The notes under the pieces were generated by a model. The model searched no databases and was not told where the DNA came from. It saw nothing but the letters and a program-made list of their open reading frames with translations. Of a stretch of 64,000 nucleotides of DNA, positions 49,024 to 59,281 are shown in pieces (positions within the stretch are counted from its first letter, which is position 1; every line of letters starts with the position of its first letter). The stretch is taken from positions 96,110-160,109 of the forward strand of contig CAYTUQ010000002.1 in NCBI GenBank assembly GCA_964441235.1, read 5' to 3'. The stretch comes from an uncultured bacterium (lineage in GTDB: Bacteria > Fidelibacterota > UBA2242). Both the position numbers and the translations under genes were made by a program.

Positions 49024-49117
49024 CTGAACCTGCCACACCGGAAGCTGTCCCGATGAGTCGGGAAACCGTTGTGATCTTGCTGATGAGGAAGATGACATAG
49101 AAGACTTAGAGAGTATT

Positions 49118-49340
49118 CGTAATAACTCCCATGGCCTTTCGGCCACAACGAAGTATGTCTCAAAGAGATGTCTTTCCATAGGAATCCTTCGTGATCGACA
49201 AAAGTTGATATTTTTAAAATACATAAATTGTATATTGTTGATTGCTGATTGTTTATTGTTAATTGGTCATTGTTCATCAGGCACTTTCAACTTTAGGCAC
49301 TTTCAACTTTAGGTACTTTAGACACTTTAGGCACTTTCAT
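49118..49340 (-). repeat. Composite repeat family B, copy 2 (~220 bp) with an extra 49-bp hairpin module and an expanded GCACTTTCAACTTTAG tandem
   Basis: Reverse complement is collinear with 15178..15330. The insertion TTGTCGATCACGAAGGATTCCTATGGAAAGACATCTCTTTGAGACATA replaces TAATG of copy 1. Confidence 0.85.
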
Positions 49341-49619
49341 ATAAAACAGTTGCTAATTTTATAATATCCCAGGCAATATCATTGTCAATACATAGAAAAT
49401 TTCCCACATATTAGCCTTATCTCTTAGATATCTCGAGATAGCGTGGAATTATTTCTACCTATTTTCTATATTTGATAATAAATATGGGGAAACTGCTTTT
49501 GATTTTCTATTTCTGAAGTATATGTTAACACAAAATAAAAATTACCATTAAAATAAATCTCAATCAAATAAAAATCTAATAAATATAACAGTTCTCTTTT
49601 CTCCTAAAAACAATCTGAT

Positions 49620-51059
49620 CTACTTCAAAATCTCAACAGCATTTTTAATCCGGCTTATAGTCTCCTTTTTTCCAAGAATTTCGGCAATTTCAGTTGCACC
49701 GCCTGGTGTGTTCTGTAATCCTGAAAGAGCAATTCTTAGGGGCCATAAAACATTGCTATTTTTCAAATTTGATTCTTTTGCAAATCGAACCAGGTTTTGA
49801 TAAAGATTGTTATTGCTCCATTCCTCAATTTTATCAAGAATCGGACGGATTTTCTCCAATATCTCTTTACTTGAATCTACGGTGGATTTCATTTTTTTGT
49901 GATTGTAAAGTTCGGGACTATACTCTTGTACTTTCACAAAAAAAGCCAGGATGCCAGGAATATCTGTCAACCGCTCAATTCTTGGTTGAATGAGAAGGCT
50001 TATTTTTTCCGTATTCAAAGATTCTGAAATGGTTTTTGGGAAATATTCAAGAGCAATAGAATTAAATTTCTTGATCGGCAATTTTCTTATATGTTCGCCG
50101 TTTATCCAGTTCAATTTTTTTAGAGAAAAAATAGCGTTAGACTTATTAATGCGTTCAATACGGAATTCCTTGATCAGGTCTTCAATTGTGAAAAACTCTC
50201 TTTCATCTCCGGGATTCCATCCCAATAAAGCAACATAATTTATTATAGCTTCCGGTAAATAGCCTTTTTTCAATAACTCCTGAAATGATGCATCTCCTTC
50301 TCTTTTGCTTAGTTTTTTACCGGATTCTTTTGTTATATGGGGCAGGTGGATATATTTTGGAATTTCCCATCCAAAGTCCGTGTATAGAAGATTATACTTT
50401 GGAGTAGATGATAAATACTCAACGCCACGCACAACATGAGTTATATTCATTAAATGATCATCCACTACATGTGCAAAATTATATGTAGGATAACCATCTG
50501 ATTTGAATAACACCTGATCATCAAGCAATTCATTTGCAATACTTACCCTTCCGAATACGGCGTCATCAAAAGAAGTAACTCCAGAGTACGGAATTTTTTG
50601 TCTAACAATAAATTGTTCACCCGCATTTAACCTCTTTGAGATTTCTTCCCTGGACAAGGATCGGCATTTCCTATTGTAAACATAGTGTTCTCCCGAGCGT
50701 TTACTCTCTTCTCTTTGTTTTGCAATCTCTTCTTTTGTGCAAAAACATCTATATGCAAATCCTTTTTCCAATAGGTAGTCAATGTATTTTTTGTAGACTT
50801 CTTTTCTTTCGCTTTGAATGTAAGGTCCGAACTTGCCGGGTTTATCAGGTCCTTCATCATAATAGATTTTTGAAATTTTCAGACTGTCATAAATTAAATC
50901 AATAGCCCCCTTAACGTATCTTTTCTGATCTGTATCCTCTATTCGCAGAATAAACTTTCCGTTGTTGTGCCTGGCAATTAGATATGAATAAAGAGCTGTA
51001 CGCAGATTTCCAATATGCATAAAACCGGTTGGGCTTGGTGCAAACCTTGTTCTGACCAC
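49620..51059 (-). CDS. gltX: Glutamate--tRNA ligase
   Basis: 479 aa. RFAPSPTGFMHIGNLRTAL (HIGH) and KLSKR (KMSKS) motifs. Confidence 0.96.
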   Translation of the reverse strand: MVRTRFAPSPTGFMHIGNLRTALYSYLIARHNNGKFILRIEDTDQKRYVKGAIDLIYDSLKISKIYYDEGPDKPGKFGPYIQSERKEVYKKYIDYLLEKGFAYRCFCTKEEIAKQREESKRSGEHYVYNRKCRSLSREEISKRLNAGEQFIVRQKIPYSGVTSFDDAVFGRVSIANELLDDQVLFKSDGYPTYNFAHVVDDHLMNITHVVRGVEYLSSTPKYNLLYTDFGWEIPKYIHLPHITKESGKKLSKREGDASFQELLKKGYLPEAIINYVALLGWNPGDEREFFTIEDLIKEFRIERINKSNAIFSLKKLNWINGEHIRKLPIKKFNSIALEYFPKTISESLNTEKISLLIQPRIERLTDIPGILAFFVKVQEYSPELYNHKKMKSTVDSSKEILEKIRPILDKIEEWSNNNLYQNLVRFAKESNLKNSNVLWPLRIALSGLQNTPGGATEIAEILGKKETISRIKNAVEILK

Positions 51060-51676
51060 TATTTGATTTCTCCTAACTTTACAGTTTTTCGGCGTATACG
51101 ATAAACAACAAAAAGCATTACTACACCTACAATTACCAACGTAACAACTCTGTTGTATTGCGAGATAAGAGCAACTACTTTATGCCAGTTTTCACCCAAC
51201 AGGCGTCCTAACTGAAATATAATTCCATTCCATGCAATAATACTTATAGTTGTGTAAAAGAAAGCCTTTAATAATTTCGTTCGAGTAAACCCTGCAACAA
51301 TGGCAACCAAAAGCCTAACTCCAGGTAAAAACCGATTTATAATTAATACCCAATCACCGTATTTATCAAAATATTGATCCGCTTTTTGGATTCTTTTTTG
51401 GGAGAAAAATGAATAATTCTTTCTCTCAAAATAGTCTCTTCCCCAATGAAATCCTATCAAGTAAACAAGAAGAAATCCACTCAGGCTACTGACAACTGTA
51501 AGGATATATGTAAATAGAGGATTAAGAACACCTCTTCCTGCAAGATATGCAGAAAAAGCAAGAAAAGTGTCACCAGGTATAAGTGGCGTTATATTTTCCA
51601 TAAAAATGGTAAAAGCTAAAATAATGTAAATATATGATATAGGAATTCCTGAGATGAAGTTTAGAATAGAATCCAT
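51059..51676 (-). CDS. DedA-family membrane protein
   Basis: 205 aa. ..NITPLIPGDTFL.. and ..NRFLPGVR.. DedA/SNARE-associated motifs. Confidence 0.85.
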   Translation of the reverse strand: MDSILNFISGIPISYIYIILAFTIFMENITPLIPGDTFLAFSAYLAGRGVLNPLFTYILTVVSSLSGFLLVYLIGFHWGRDYFERKNYSFFSQKRIQKADQYFDKYGDWVLIINRFLPGVRLLVAIVAGFTRTKLLKAFFYTTISIIAWNGIIFQLGRLLGENWHKVVALISQYNRVVTLVIVGVVMLFVVYRIRRKTVKLGEIK

Positions 51677-52161
51677 TATCCCTTAACAGTTGCTGTGGCA
51701 ATTGCTAAAATACCCTCTCCTTTTCCGGTGAAGCCAATATTTTCAGTTGTTGTCGCTTTAACAGAAATATAACTCTCGGGTAAGTCCAAAATTGAAGAAA
51801 GGCTTCTTCGAATTTCTGGAATGTAAGACCTAATTTTCGGTTTCTGAGCTACAATTGTCACATCAATATTTCCTGGTGTAAATCCGTGCTCCTTAATCAG
51901 CGTGATAGTTCTTTTTAAAAGAATTGCACTAGAAATGTTTTTATATTGTGGGTCTGTATCCGGGAAGTGTGCACCAATATCATCAAGTGCCGCAGCACCT
52001 AAAAGAGCATCAATAATTGCATGAATAGCCACATCTGCATCAGAATGGCCTTTTAGTCCTTTCTCAAAAGGAATTTCAATGCCTCCAAGAATGAGAGGTC
52101 TTCCCTTAACGAAACGGTGAACATCTATACCATGACCAACTCTTATTTTGATATTTTTCAT
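51676..52161 (-). CDS. ispF: 2-C-methyl-D-erythritol 2,4-cyclodiphosphate synthase
   Basis: Start set at ATG 52161 (ATGA overlap with the ispD stop). IRVGHGIDVHRF.., ..GHSDADV..HA..DA. Confidence 0.93.
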   Translation of the reverse strand: MKNIKIRVGHGIDVHRFVKGRPLILGGIEIPFEKGLKGHSDADVAIHAIIDALLGAAALDDIGAHFPDTDPQYKNISSAILLKRTITLIKEHGFTPGNIDVTIVAQKPKIRSYIPEIRRSLSSILDLPESYISVKATTTENIGFTGKGEGILAIATATVKG

Positions 52162-52850
52162 GCCGTCCAATCTTTGAGTAAAGATCTTGCGATTTCCAGA
52201 TCTTCCTGGCAAGTAATCTTTATATTTTTACGATCCCCTGTTAACACACCAATTCGCCCACCTAAACGCTCGACTAAGCTGGCTTCATCAGTGCCTATAA
52301 AATCATCATCATAAGCTTTCTTGAAAGCATGTTCTAATATTCCTCTGCGAAATGTCTGAGGTGTTTGGATTTGCCATATGTTTGATCGGTTGAAAGTCTT
52401 CACGATTAAAGAATTATTAACCTCCTTCAGTGTATCAACCGCAGGAGTTGCAACGACTACCCCTTCATATTCGTTACACATTTCAATAGTTTTATCTATT
52501 TTCTCGGGATTAATAAAAGGTCTAACACTATCATGCACAACTACAGTGTCGTAACATTTTCCTATAGATTTCAAACCGTTATAAACAGAATCCTGTCGCT
52601 TTTTACTACCTGCAACTATTTTTATCGGCCTGGAAGTTCCGGAAGGAATACATACGTGCAACAATTCTGAATCCATAAACTCTTTTGAAATAACAAGAAC
52701 AATTTCAGATACCAATTTAGCATTTACAAAATTTTTTATAGTGTAGTAAAGTATAGGTTTCCCATCGAGCAGAAAATATTGCTTCGGAGTATCAGATTTC
52801 ATCCTAGCGCCGACTCCGGCAGCAACAATTATAGCACTTGCATAAGACAT
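52158..52850 (-). CDS. ispD: 2-C-methyl-D-erythritol 4-phosphate cytidylyltransferase
   Basis: 230 aa. AIIVAAGVGARM...PKQY.. N-terminus and ..VHDSVRPF.. Confidence 0.92.
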   Translation of the reverse strand: MSYASAIIVAAGVGARMKSDTPKQYFLLDGKPILYYTIKNFVNAKLVSEIVLVISKEFMDSELLHVCIPSGTSRPIKIVAGSKKRQDSVYNGLKSIGKCYDTVVVHDSVRPFINPEKIDKTIEMCNEYEGVVVATPAVDTLKEVNNSLIVKTFNRSNIWQIQTPQTFRRGILEHAFKKAYDDDFIGTDEASLVERLGGRIGVLTGDRKNIKITCQEDLEIARSLLKDWTA

Positions 52851-52866
52851 ACTATTCAGTAACCTT

Positions 52867-53907
52867 CTACAAAATTATCATAGCATCGCCATAGCTGAAA
52901 AAGCGATATTTTCTCTTAACCGCCACACGATATGCTTTTATAGTAAGATCATAACCTGTAAAAGCAGCAACCTGCATAATTAACGTAGATTTTGGTTGAT
53001 GAAAATTTGTGACAAGAACATCAATCATTTTGAATTCATAAGGGGGGTAAATAAACTTATCAGTCCAACCTCTCCTGGGGCTTACCTGAAACCCTGATAC
53101 TGTAACTGTTTCCAATGCTCGAACAACTGAGGTTCCAACTCCAATTACTCGCTTCTTTTTCGATTTTGCTTCATTAATTGCAATAGCGGTTTCTGCGGAC
53201 ACCTCATAATACTCTGAGTCCATTCTATGCCTGGAAAGGTCTTCAACTGTAACAGGACGAAAAGTACCCAGCCCAATGTGTAGAACAACTGGAAATATTT
53301 TTACACCTTTGTCCCTGATTTTTTGTATAAGCTTTTTTGTAAAGTGCAATCCTGCAGTAGGGGCAGCAACAGCACCGCGACGTTTCGCATACACAGTCTG
53401 GTATTTAATTTTATCCTCAGGAATAGGGTCTCGATCAATATATGGTGGTAGCGGCGATTTCCCAATTTTATCTATGAGAACATATAAATCTTCTTGCTCA
53501 ATCCCTTTAAATCTTACAACTCTACCACCGGAAACTGTATTATCAATAACATCGCATTGAACCCCTTCAGCGACCGTAAGTTTATTCCCGATACGGACTT
53601 TCCGTGCCGGTTTTACCATTACTTCCCACATGTTGTTGGATAATTCCCGGAGCAGAAACACCTCGACTTTAGCATCTGTCCTATCTTTAACAGCCAATAA
53701 TCTTGCCGGGTAAACTTTAGTTTCATTCAAGATAATTAGATCACCAGGATTCAGATAATCAATAATATCGTAGAAATGTTTATGTTCAATACTACCATCA
53801 GCACGGTTAATTACCATCAGCCGAGAATGATCACGCTCTTTGATAGGATATTGGGCAATAAGTTCCTCAGGCAGTTTATAATCAAAATCTGAAAGTCTCA
53901 GTCTCAT
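52867..53907 (-). CDS. queA: S-adenosylmethionine:tRNA ribosyltransferase-isomerase
   Basis: Start moved to ATG 53907 (GGAGG 8 nt upstream). LSDFDYKLPEELIAQYP.., ..APTAGLHFT.., ..SYGDAMII. Confidence 0.93.
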   Translation of the reverse strand: MRLRLSDFDYKLPEELIAQYPIKERDHSRLMVINRADGSIEHKHFYDIIDYLNPGDLIILNETKVYPARLLAVKDRTDAKVEVFLLRELSNNMWEVMVKPARKVRIGNKLTVAEGVQCDVIDNTVSGGRVVRFKGIEQEDLYVLIDKIGKSPLPPYIDRDPIPEDKIKYQTVYAKRRGAVAAPTAGLHFTKKLIQKIRDKGVKIFPVVLHIGLGTFRPVTVEDLSRHRMDSEYYEVSAETAIAINEAKSKKKRVIGVGTSVVRALETVTVSGFQVSPRRGWTDKFIYPPYEFKMIDVLVTNFHQPKSTLIMQVAAFTGYDLTIKAYRVAVKRKYRFFSYGDAMIIL

Positions 53908-53920
53908 AAAAATTCCTCCA

Positions 53921-54943
53921 TTAGCGAAACAGGGTTTGCTGATAACCCTCATTTGTTATATTAAAGTACTTATAAGTCTCAGGAGTAGCCTGGCGACCTC
54001 GAGATGTTCGCTGTAATAAACCATTCTGTATAAGATAGGGTTCATAAACATCTTCGATGGTTTCGGCGTCTTCTCCAATAGCAACAGCAAGGTTGTTTAA
54101 TCCAACGGGACCACCTGAGAATTTTTCTACAATTGTGGAAAGAATCCTACGGTCCATATTATCTAAACCAAACTCATCAATTTCTAACATTTCAAGGGAT
54201 TTGTCAGCAACTTCCCTGTTAATTTCACCATTTGCTTTTATTTGAGCATAATCTCTTGTTCTCCGTAATATTCTATTAGCAATTCTCGGAGTACCTCTTG
54301 ACCTTTTTGCTATTTCACTAGCTCCATCAGAATGTAACTTGATATTTAAAATGTTAGCAGAACGCATTAGGATTTTGAAAAGGTCTTCTGGCGTGTAGTA
54401 ATCAATTCTTAACACAACACCGAAGCGGTCACGCATTGGGGATGTTAAATGTCCTAGTCTCGTAGTAGCTCCAATAAGTGTGAAATTTTCCAGATTAAGT
54501 TGAATACTTCTGGCGTTTGGCCCCTTATCTATAACAATATCAATGTTAAAATCCTCCATTGCGGAATAAAGATATTCCTCAACAACGTTATTTAAACGGT
54601 GAATTTCATCTATAAAAAAAACATCTCTATGAGATAAGTTAGTGAGCATACCGGCAAGATCGCCTGCTCTTTCTATTACAGGTCCCGACGAAGTTTTTAT
54701 ATTTACTCCTAATTCATGAGCTACAATATATGCGAGTGTAGTCTTTCCTAATCCGGGAGGTCCAAAAAGAAGTACATGATCAAGATGTTCACCACGCTCT
54801 TTTGCTGCAGTTATATATAGTTTTAAGCTATCAACAATATTCTTTTGACCAATAAATTCTGAAAAAGCAAAAGGTCTGAGATTCCTCTCTATTTCTACAT
54901 CTTCAACTAACCTTTTAGGGTCGGTCAAATCCGAACGCAACAT
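53921..54943 (-). CDS. ruvB: Holliday junction branch-migration helicase RuvB
   Basis: 340 aa. LRP..F.EFIGQ, Walker [10 protein letters not shown], ..FIDEIHR.., ..GATTR.. sensor. Confidence 0.97.
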   Translation of the reverse strand: MLRSDLTDPKRLVEDVEIERNLRPFAFSEFIGQKNIVDSLKLYITAAKERGEHLDHVLLFGPPGLGKTTLAYIVAHELGVNIKTSSGPVIERAGDLAGMLTNLSHRDVFFIDEIHRLNNVVEEYLYSAMEDFNIDIVIDKGPNARSIQLNLENFTLIGATTRLGHLTSPMRDRFGVVLRIDYYTPEDLFKILMRSANILNIKLHSDGASEIAKRSRGTPRIANRILRRTRDYAQIKANGEINREVADKSLEMLEIDEFGLDNMDRRILSTIVEKFSGGPVGLNNLAVAIGEDAETIEDVYEPYLIQNGLLQRTSRGRQATPETYKYFNITNEGYQQTLFR

Positions 54944-55638
54944 AACTACTCTTGTGTTTTATTATAATTTAATTGTAAGATTAATTTGAGAAAATTAGAA
55001 CTGGTAAACTTCGTATATGTTTCTACGTTTATTATTTCTACTGTCAAAAGTTTTGTTAACAAGGAATTTATGTTGAAATTCAAAATAATCATTCAGTCTA
55101 TAAAATCATGACCTTAATATATTAAAAAATGCCTGCTAAATCAATAAAAATCTGAGGGAAAAATGTAATACGTCGGTTACGGGTTAGATCAGATAATTTC
55201 GCCCGACTACTTCGGAATAACTATGGGAAAATCCAAGAATGTTGACATAGTTTTTCCTTTCAATCGGAAGGCGGGCGACCGTCAGGCAATTTACTTGTCT
55301 GGCGCATGACGAGATTGCATAGACTTACCGGCAATACGATATAACCGAATTCGTTAAAATTAATCCTGTTTTCCTATTACTTTTACTTTCTTCCTTTAGG
55401 GTTTGTCATGCTTCGACGAGCTCAGCATGACATGACGAGCATTTTTTTGTCACCCTGATCTACTCGCTCCGAAAGGTCACGAAGGATTCTCCGATAGGAG
55501 TCCGTTGTGACCTACGGAGAGTCCCTATCGGGAAAGGGTGATAACCTTCCTCCACATCAGTTAACCGCCAAATTCTTAATTTCTTTTCTTCCAAAGTATA
55601 CGAAAGAAATGCAAAACGTAATAATTCTTGGGTTTATC

Positions 55639-56814
55639 CTAATTCTTAGTCTCTTCCCTTTTCAGCCGAGCAATTCTCTTTTCTATTGATGGATGACTAT
55701 AAAATAAGAATTCGACAATCTTGTTTGGAGTTCTATCGGAGAGGTTCTGATCTGACAACTTGTTCAAACCGGATATAAATGATTCAGGCTCACCCGTTAA
55801 ATTAACCGCAAAATCATCAGCCGCTCTTTCATTTGAACGGGAATAGGCATTCATCATCGGTGATGTTACAAATTCATAAAGAGTTAGTATTAACGCCATC
55901 AATGGCAGTGCGGCAATTGTCCATGGATGCTCACCGATAGAGGGATAAGTTGAGTTATATATAACCGAGACTAAAAATAATCCTAAATAAGTAGTAATAA
56001 CACCAAGTCCCATTGATTTCCATATATGCTTCAGTTTAAAATGCCCAAGTTCATGCGCCAGAACACCGAGAATTTCTTCAGCTTTTAAATTATTCAACAA
56101 AGTGTCCCCTAAAATAACCCGCCGTGATTTCCCAAGTCCGGTAAAAGCGGCATTCCCCTTTTTTGTACTTTTACTGAGATTGAATTGATAAACGCCTTCA
56201 AGCTTAATTCCCACTTTTCCACAAAGAGAGGATACTTTTTCTGCAAGTTCCTCATCCTTTAATTTCTCAAATTTATAAAACAAAGGGAAAATCAGTATTG
56301 GTGCCAATCGTGCTAAGACTACGGAAAAAAGCAACATAACTGTTCCCATGATGAACCACCAGGAGACGGGGAATTTTCTTAAAACGGTGTAGAAAATAAT
56401 AAGTAGCACTAATCCCAATGGTCCAGCAATTAAAAGCCCCTTAAACTTTTCCCAAATCCAGGCTCCAAAACTCTGATTACTCAGGTTAAACCTATGTTCC
56501 AGTATATATCCCGATGTAAAGGACAATGGGAAAATCAAAACCGATTCCATTATTCCAAGTGCAATAACAAAAATAATTAAAACAAGATAGTCATTTGCAG
56601 CAAACCCACGAATCCAATTTTCCAGTCCAGTAGAGAAACCTGTTAAGATAATGACAAGTAAAAATACCAATCCTAAAATAAACTCTGTAATGGAGAAAAT
56701 CAGATTATAGCGGTTATATTTTTTCTCCTTTGATAATTTAGATTTTTCAGACACTACCCAACTCCTATATTTTGCCCGTAATTTAATCTTTTCAGGCACG
56801 ATTATGATCCTCAC
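55639..56814 (-). CDS. M48-family (Ste24/HtpX-like) zinc metalloprotease; GTG start, 5' end uncertain
   Basis: 391 aa. N-terminal TM domain, HELGHFKLKH (HExxH), distal ..ERAADDFA.. Confidence 0.85.
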   Translation of the reverse strand: MRIIIVPEKIKLRAKYRSWVVSEKSKLSKEKKYNRYNLIFSITEFILGLVFLLVIILTGFSTGLENWIRGFAANDYLVLIIFVIALGIMESVLIFPLSFTSGYILEHRFNLSNQSFGAWIWEKFKGLLIAGPLGLVLLIIFYTVLRKFPVSWWFIMGTVMLLFSVVLARLAPILIFPLFYKFEKLKDEELAEKVSSLCGKVGIKLEGVYQFNLSKSTKKGNAAFTGLGKSRRVILGDTLLNNLKAEEILGVLAHELGHFKLKHIWKSMGLGVITTYLGLFLVSVIYNSTYPSIGEHPWTIAALPLMALILTLYEFVTSPMMNAYSRSNERAADDFAVNLTGEPESFISGLNKLSDQNLSDRTPNKIVEFLFYSHPSIEKRIARLKREETKN

Positions 56815-57213
56815 TTACTAAATATCTCTACAGAAGTTCCTTATGACTTAAAAATTTGAAATATTTCCTTATTGACTTGTCGGTTCAGCGCTTCTTCAAT
56901 TTTTTTACTAATTATTCTTTCCCTTTCCTTTTAATTGTCAATTAGTCACTAAGACACCAAAACACAATTAACAATTAACGGTTATAGGTCAAATAAACGT
57001 TTACCCTTTTTTTTAATTTTTTACGTGAATATTTATTTATTTCAAAAGAAAATTGAGAGATTATTTTGCTATGATTTTCCTTCTCAAAATAAATATTTAT
57101 GTGTTTACTTTTTATACAAATATCTGAATTATTTTCCATAAAAACCAAAATTTATAAAGGTAAACTTTCATATGGCATATAACCATTAACAATTAATTGA
57201 CAATTGGTTTAGG

Positions 57214-57591
57214 TTAACTTTTCCACAAACCGTGAATATTACAATACTCCCTTGCAGTAATATCCTCACCCGAAATAAAGAATACTGCTTCTGGTTTATC
57301 GCCCGGTTTAAGAAACTGCCTATAGGATTTCCCATCTACTTGCACTTCAATCCACTCGATATAGTGCTTTTTTTCCATTGGGTGAGCCGTATTTTCTCCA
57401 ACTTTGACTGTAACTTTTTCATCTTCTATCATTATAAACGGAACATGCTTTTCAACCGATGAATCCTCTGTCTTTCCTTCCATAAGTTTCATTGGCTGAC
57501 CACAACAGACAAGCGTTCCTTCTCCAACATGCAAAACTTCCACGATATTCCCGCAAATTTCACATTTGTAGATTTGTAATTTCTTCGTCAT
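57214..57591 (-). CDS. dfx: Desulfoferrodoxin (2Fe superoxide reductase)
   Basis: Start moved to ATG 57591 (AGGAGG 6 nt upstream). [24 protein letters not shown] desulforedoxin centre plus neelaredoxin domain (..[18 protein letters not shown]). Confidence 0.93.
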   Translation of the reverse strand: MTKKLQIYKCEICGNIVEVLHVGEGTLVCCGQPMKLMEGKTEDSSVEKHVPFIMIEDEKVTVKVGENTAHPMEKKHYIEWIEVQVDGKSYRQFLKPGDKPEAVFFISGEDITAREYCNIHGLWKS

Positions 57592-57618
57592 AAGAGACCT
57601 CCTAAGCATTAACTTTCT

Positions 57619-58089
57619 TTAAATATTTCTTTTTATTGTAGATAATTTTACTACATGTTTTCGCTCTTCATTAATTATTGCTTTTATCCGGTTTAATTCG
57701 CTTTTAGGAACAATGTTCTTCATCTCCTGAAAATACATTATAGTATCCAACTCTTTCCCAATTGCAAATTGAACTGCGGATTCTGCATCCTCAATCTTCG
57801 AAATATCATCGTCAAACTTATTAAAACCAAATACAAGATTGTCCGCATAGGCTTTTAAGTAAGCAAAATATTCACCTGGGTAACTTTCTACCGGTTTATA
57901 ATCCTCGAATTTGGACAACATTTTTTCAAAAGTTTTTTTGTGATTTACCTCTTCATTCGCTAAAAAAGTAAATAGTTCTTTGATTTTTGGATCATACAAT
58001 TTTTCAGTCATCTGGCGGTAAAATTTTTCGCCATTTTCTTCAATTTTGATTGCGAATTGATAAATTTCGCTTGAATTAAATATGCTCAT
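57619..58089 (-). CDS. Ferritin-like/rubrerythrin-family diiron protein without a rubredoxin domain
   Basis: 156 aa. A.K.EENGEKFY.. and ..ANEEVNHK.. / ..NEERKH.. ExxH pairs. Confidence 0.75.
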   Translation of the reverse strand: MSIFNSSEIYQFAIKIEENGEKFYRQMTEKLYDPKIKELFTFLANEEVNHKKTFEKMLSKFEDYKPVESYPGEYFAYLKAYADNLVFGFNKFDDDISKIEDAESAVQFAIGKELDTIMYFQEMKNIVPKSELNRIKAIINEERKHVVKLSTIKRNI

Positions 58090-58090
58090 A

Positions 58091-59281
58091 CTAATCTCCT
58101 ATCAAGTTTAATGTTTTATGTTTATTAAATATCTCAGAGGCTAAATCATCCAGCGCCCTAAAATCTTCTCCTTTTGGAAAACCTTTAACCATTACAGTAG
58201 AAAGTAGTTCTACTTTCAGATTACCAAGCATACCAACAATCTGGTCTACCATCTTTCCACCCCAACCATAAGAACCGATAATGGACGCAAATTTCGTCTT
58301 CGGCCTGAGAGCATTTGCAAGAAAGGCTGCATAAACAACACTCGGATGGGGCCCAACTAAAACCGTCGGTGAAGCAATCACCACTGTAGCAGCATCAACT
58401 AAAGCTATTGCAAGTTCACCGATATCTATAACAGTAAGATTAAACGGTTTTACTGTTATACCTTTTTCCATCAAAGAATCCATAAAATATTCGACCATTT
58501 TTTCTGTACTCCCGTGCATAGACACGTAAGGAATGACCACTTCATTTTTCACATCATCCGAAATCCAATCTCTATAAGCATCTAAAATAAATTCAGCATT
58601 ATTGTAAACTTGTCCATGACTTGGTGCTATCATTTCAATTTCAAGGTCTTTTAGTTTTTCGAGATTCTTCCTTATGTTTAATCGAAATGGCATCATAATC
58701 TCCGCATAATACCGCTTTGCCGATTCATATACCTTTGCTTCGTTTGTTACATAAAGGTCACTTGATGCATAGTGAGAGCCCAGAAAATCACAGGGAAAGA
58801 GTATCCTGTCCTCTTTCAGATAAGTTACCATAGTTTCAGGCCAGTGTACCCATGGAGTCATTATAAATTGAAGAGTTTTATTCCCCAGAGAAATAGTTTC
58901 CCAATCTTTAATTTCAATAAACTTATCTTCAGGAATCAAAAGTAAATCCGCTAACATGTTCTTGCATTTTAAATTCGTAACCACTTTGGCGTTAGGGTAT
59001 ATTTCTAAAATTTTTGGTATAGAACCGGAATGATCCTGCTCAGCATGGTGAGCGATAATATAGTCAATATTTCTTATACCCAATTTTTTAAGATTGTTTA
59101 CAAGCTCATTTTCTTTTGCAGGATCTACAGTATCAATAAGAGCAATTTTTCCACTGCCTCTAATTAAGTAGGCATTATAGCTTGTTCCATCCGGGAGAGG
59201 AATGAGTTCATCAAATAGTTTTCTATCCCAGTCTATTGCTCTTACTGAATAGATATCATCTCTGATCTTTTTAATAGCCAT
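58091..59281 (-). CDS. fprA: Flavodiiron protein (FprA / rubredoxin:oxygen oxidoreductase family)
   Basis: 396 aa. Metallo-beta-lactamase-like HHAEQDHSG diiron motif plus C-terminal flavodoxin domain (..PYVSMHGSTEKM..). Confidence 0.9.
   Translation of the reverse strand: MAIKKIRDDIYSVRAIDWDRKLFDELIPLPDGTSYNAYLIRGSGKIALIDTVDPAKENELVNNLKKLGIRNIDYIIAHHAEQDHSGSIPKILEIYPNAKVVTNLKCKNMLADLLLIPEDKFIEIKDWETISLGNKTLQFIMTPWVHWPETMVTYLKEDRILFPCDFLGSHYASSDLYVTNEAKVYESAKRYYAEIMMPFRLNIRKNLEKLKDLEIEMIAPSHGQVYNNAEFILDAYRDWISDDVKNEVVIPYVSMHGSTEKMVEYFMDSLMEKGITVKPFNLTVIDIGELAIALVDAATVVIASPTVLVGPHPSVVYAAFLANALRPKTKFASIIGSYGWGGKMVDQIVGMLGNLKVELLSTVMVKGFPKGEDFRALDDLASEIFNKHKTLNLIGD

Noticed and set aside
48969-49277. 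Minus-strand ORFs 48969..49277 and 48985..49224 (MNNDQLTINNQQS..).
   Set aside because: They overlap the tRNA-Asp gene and repeat family B. The 'protein' is a translation of CAA/AAT-rich micro-repeats.
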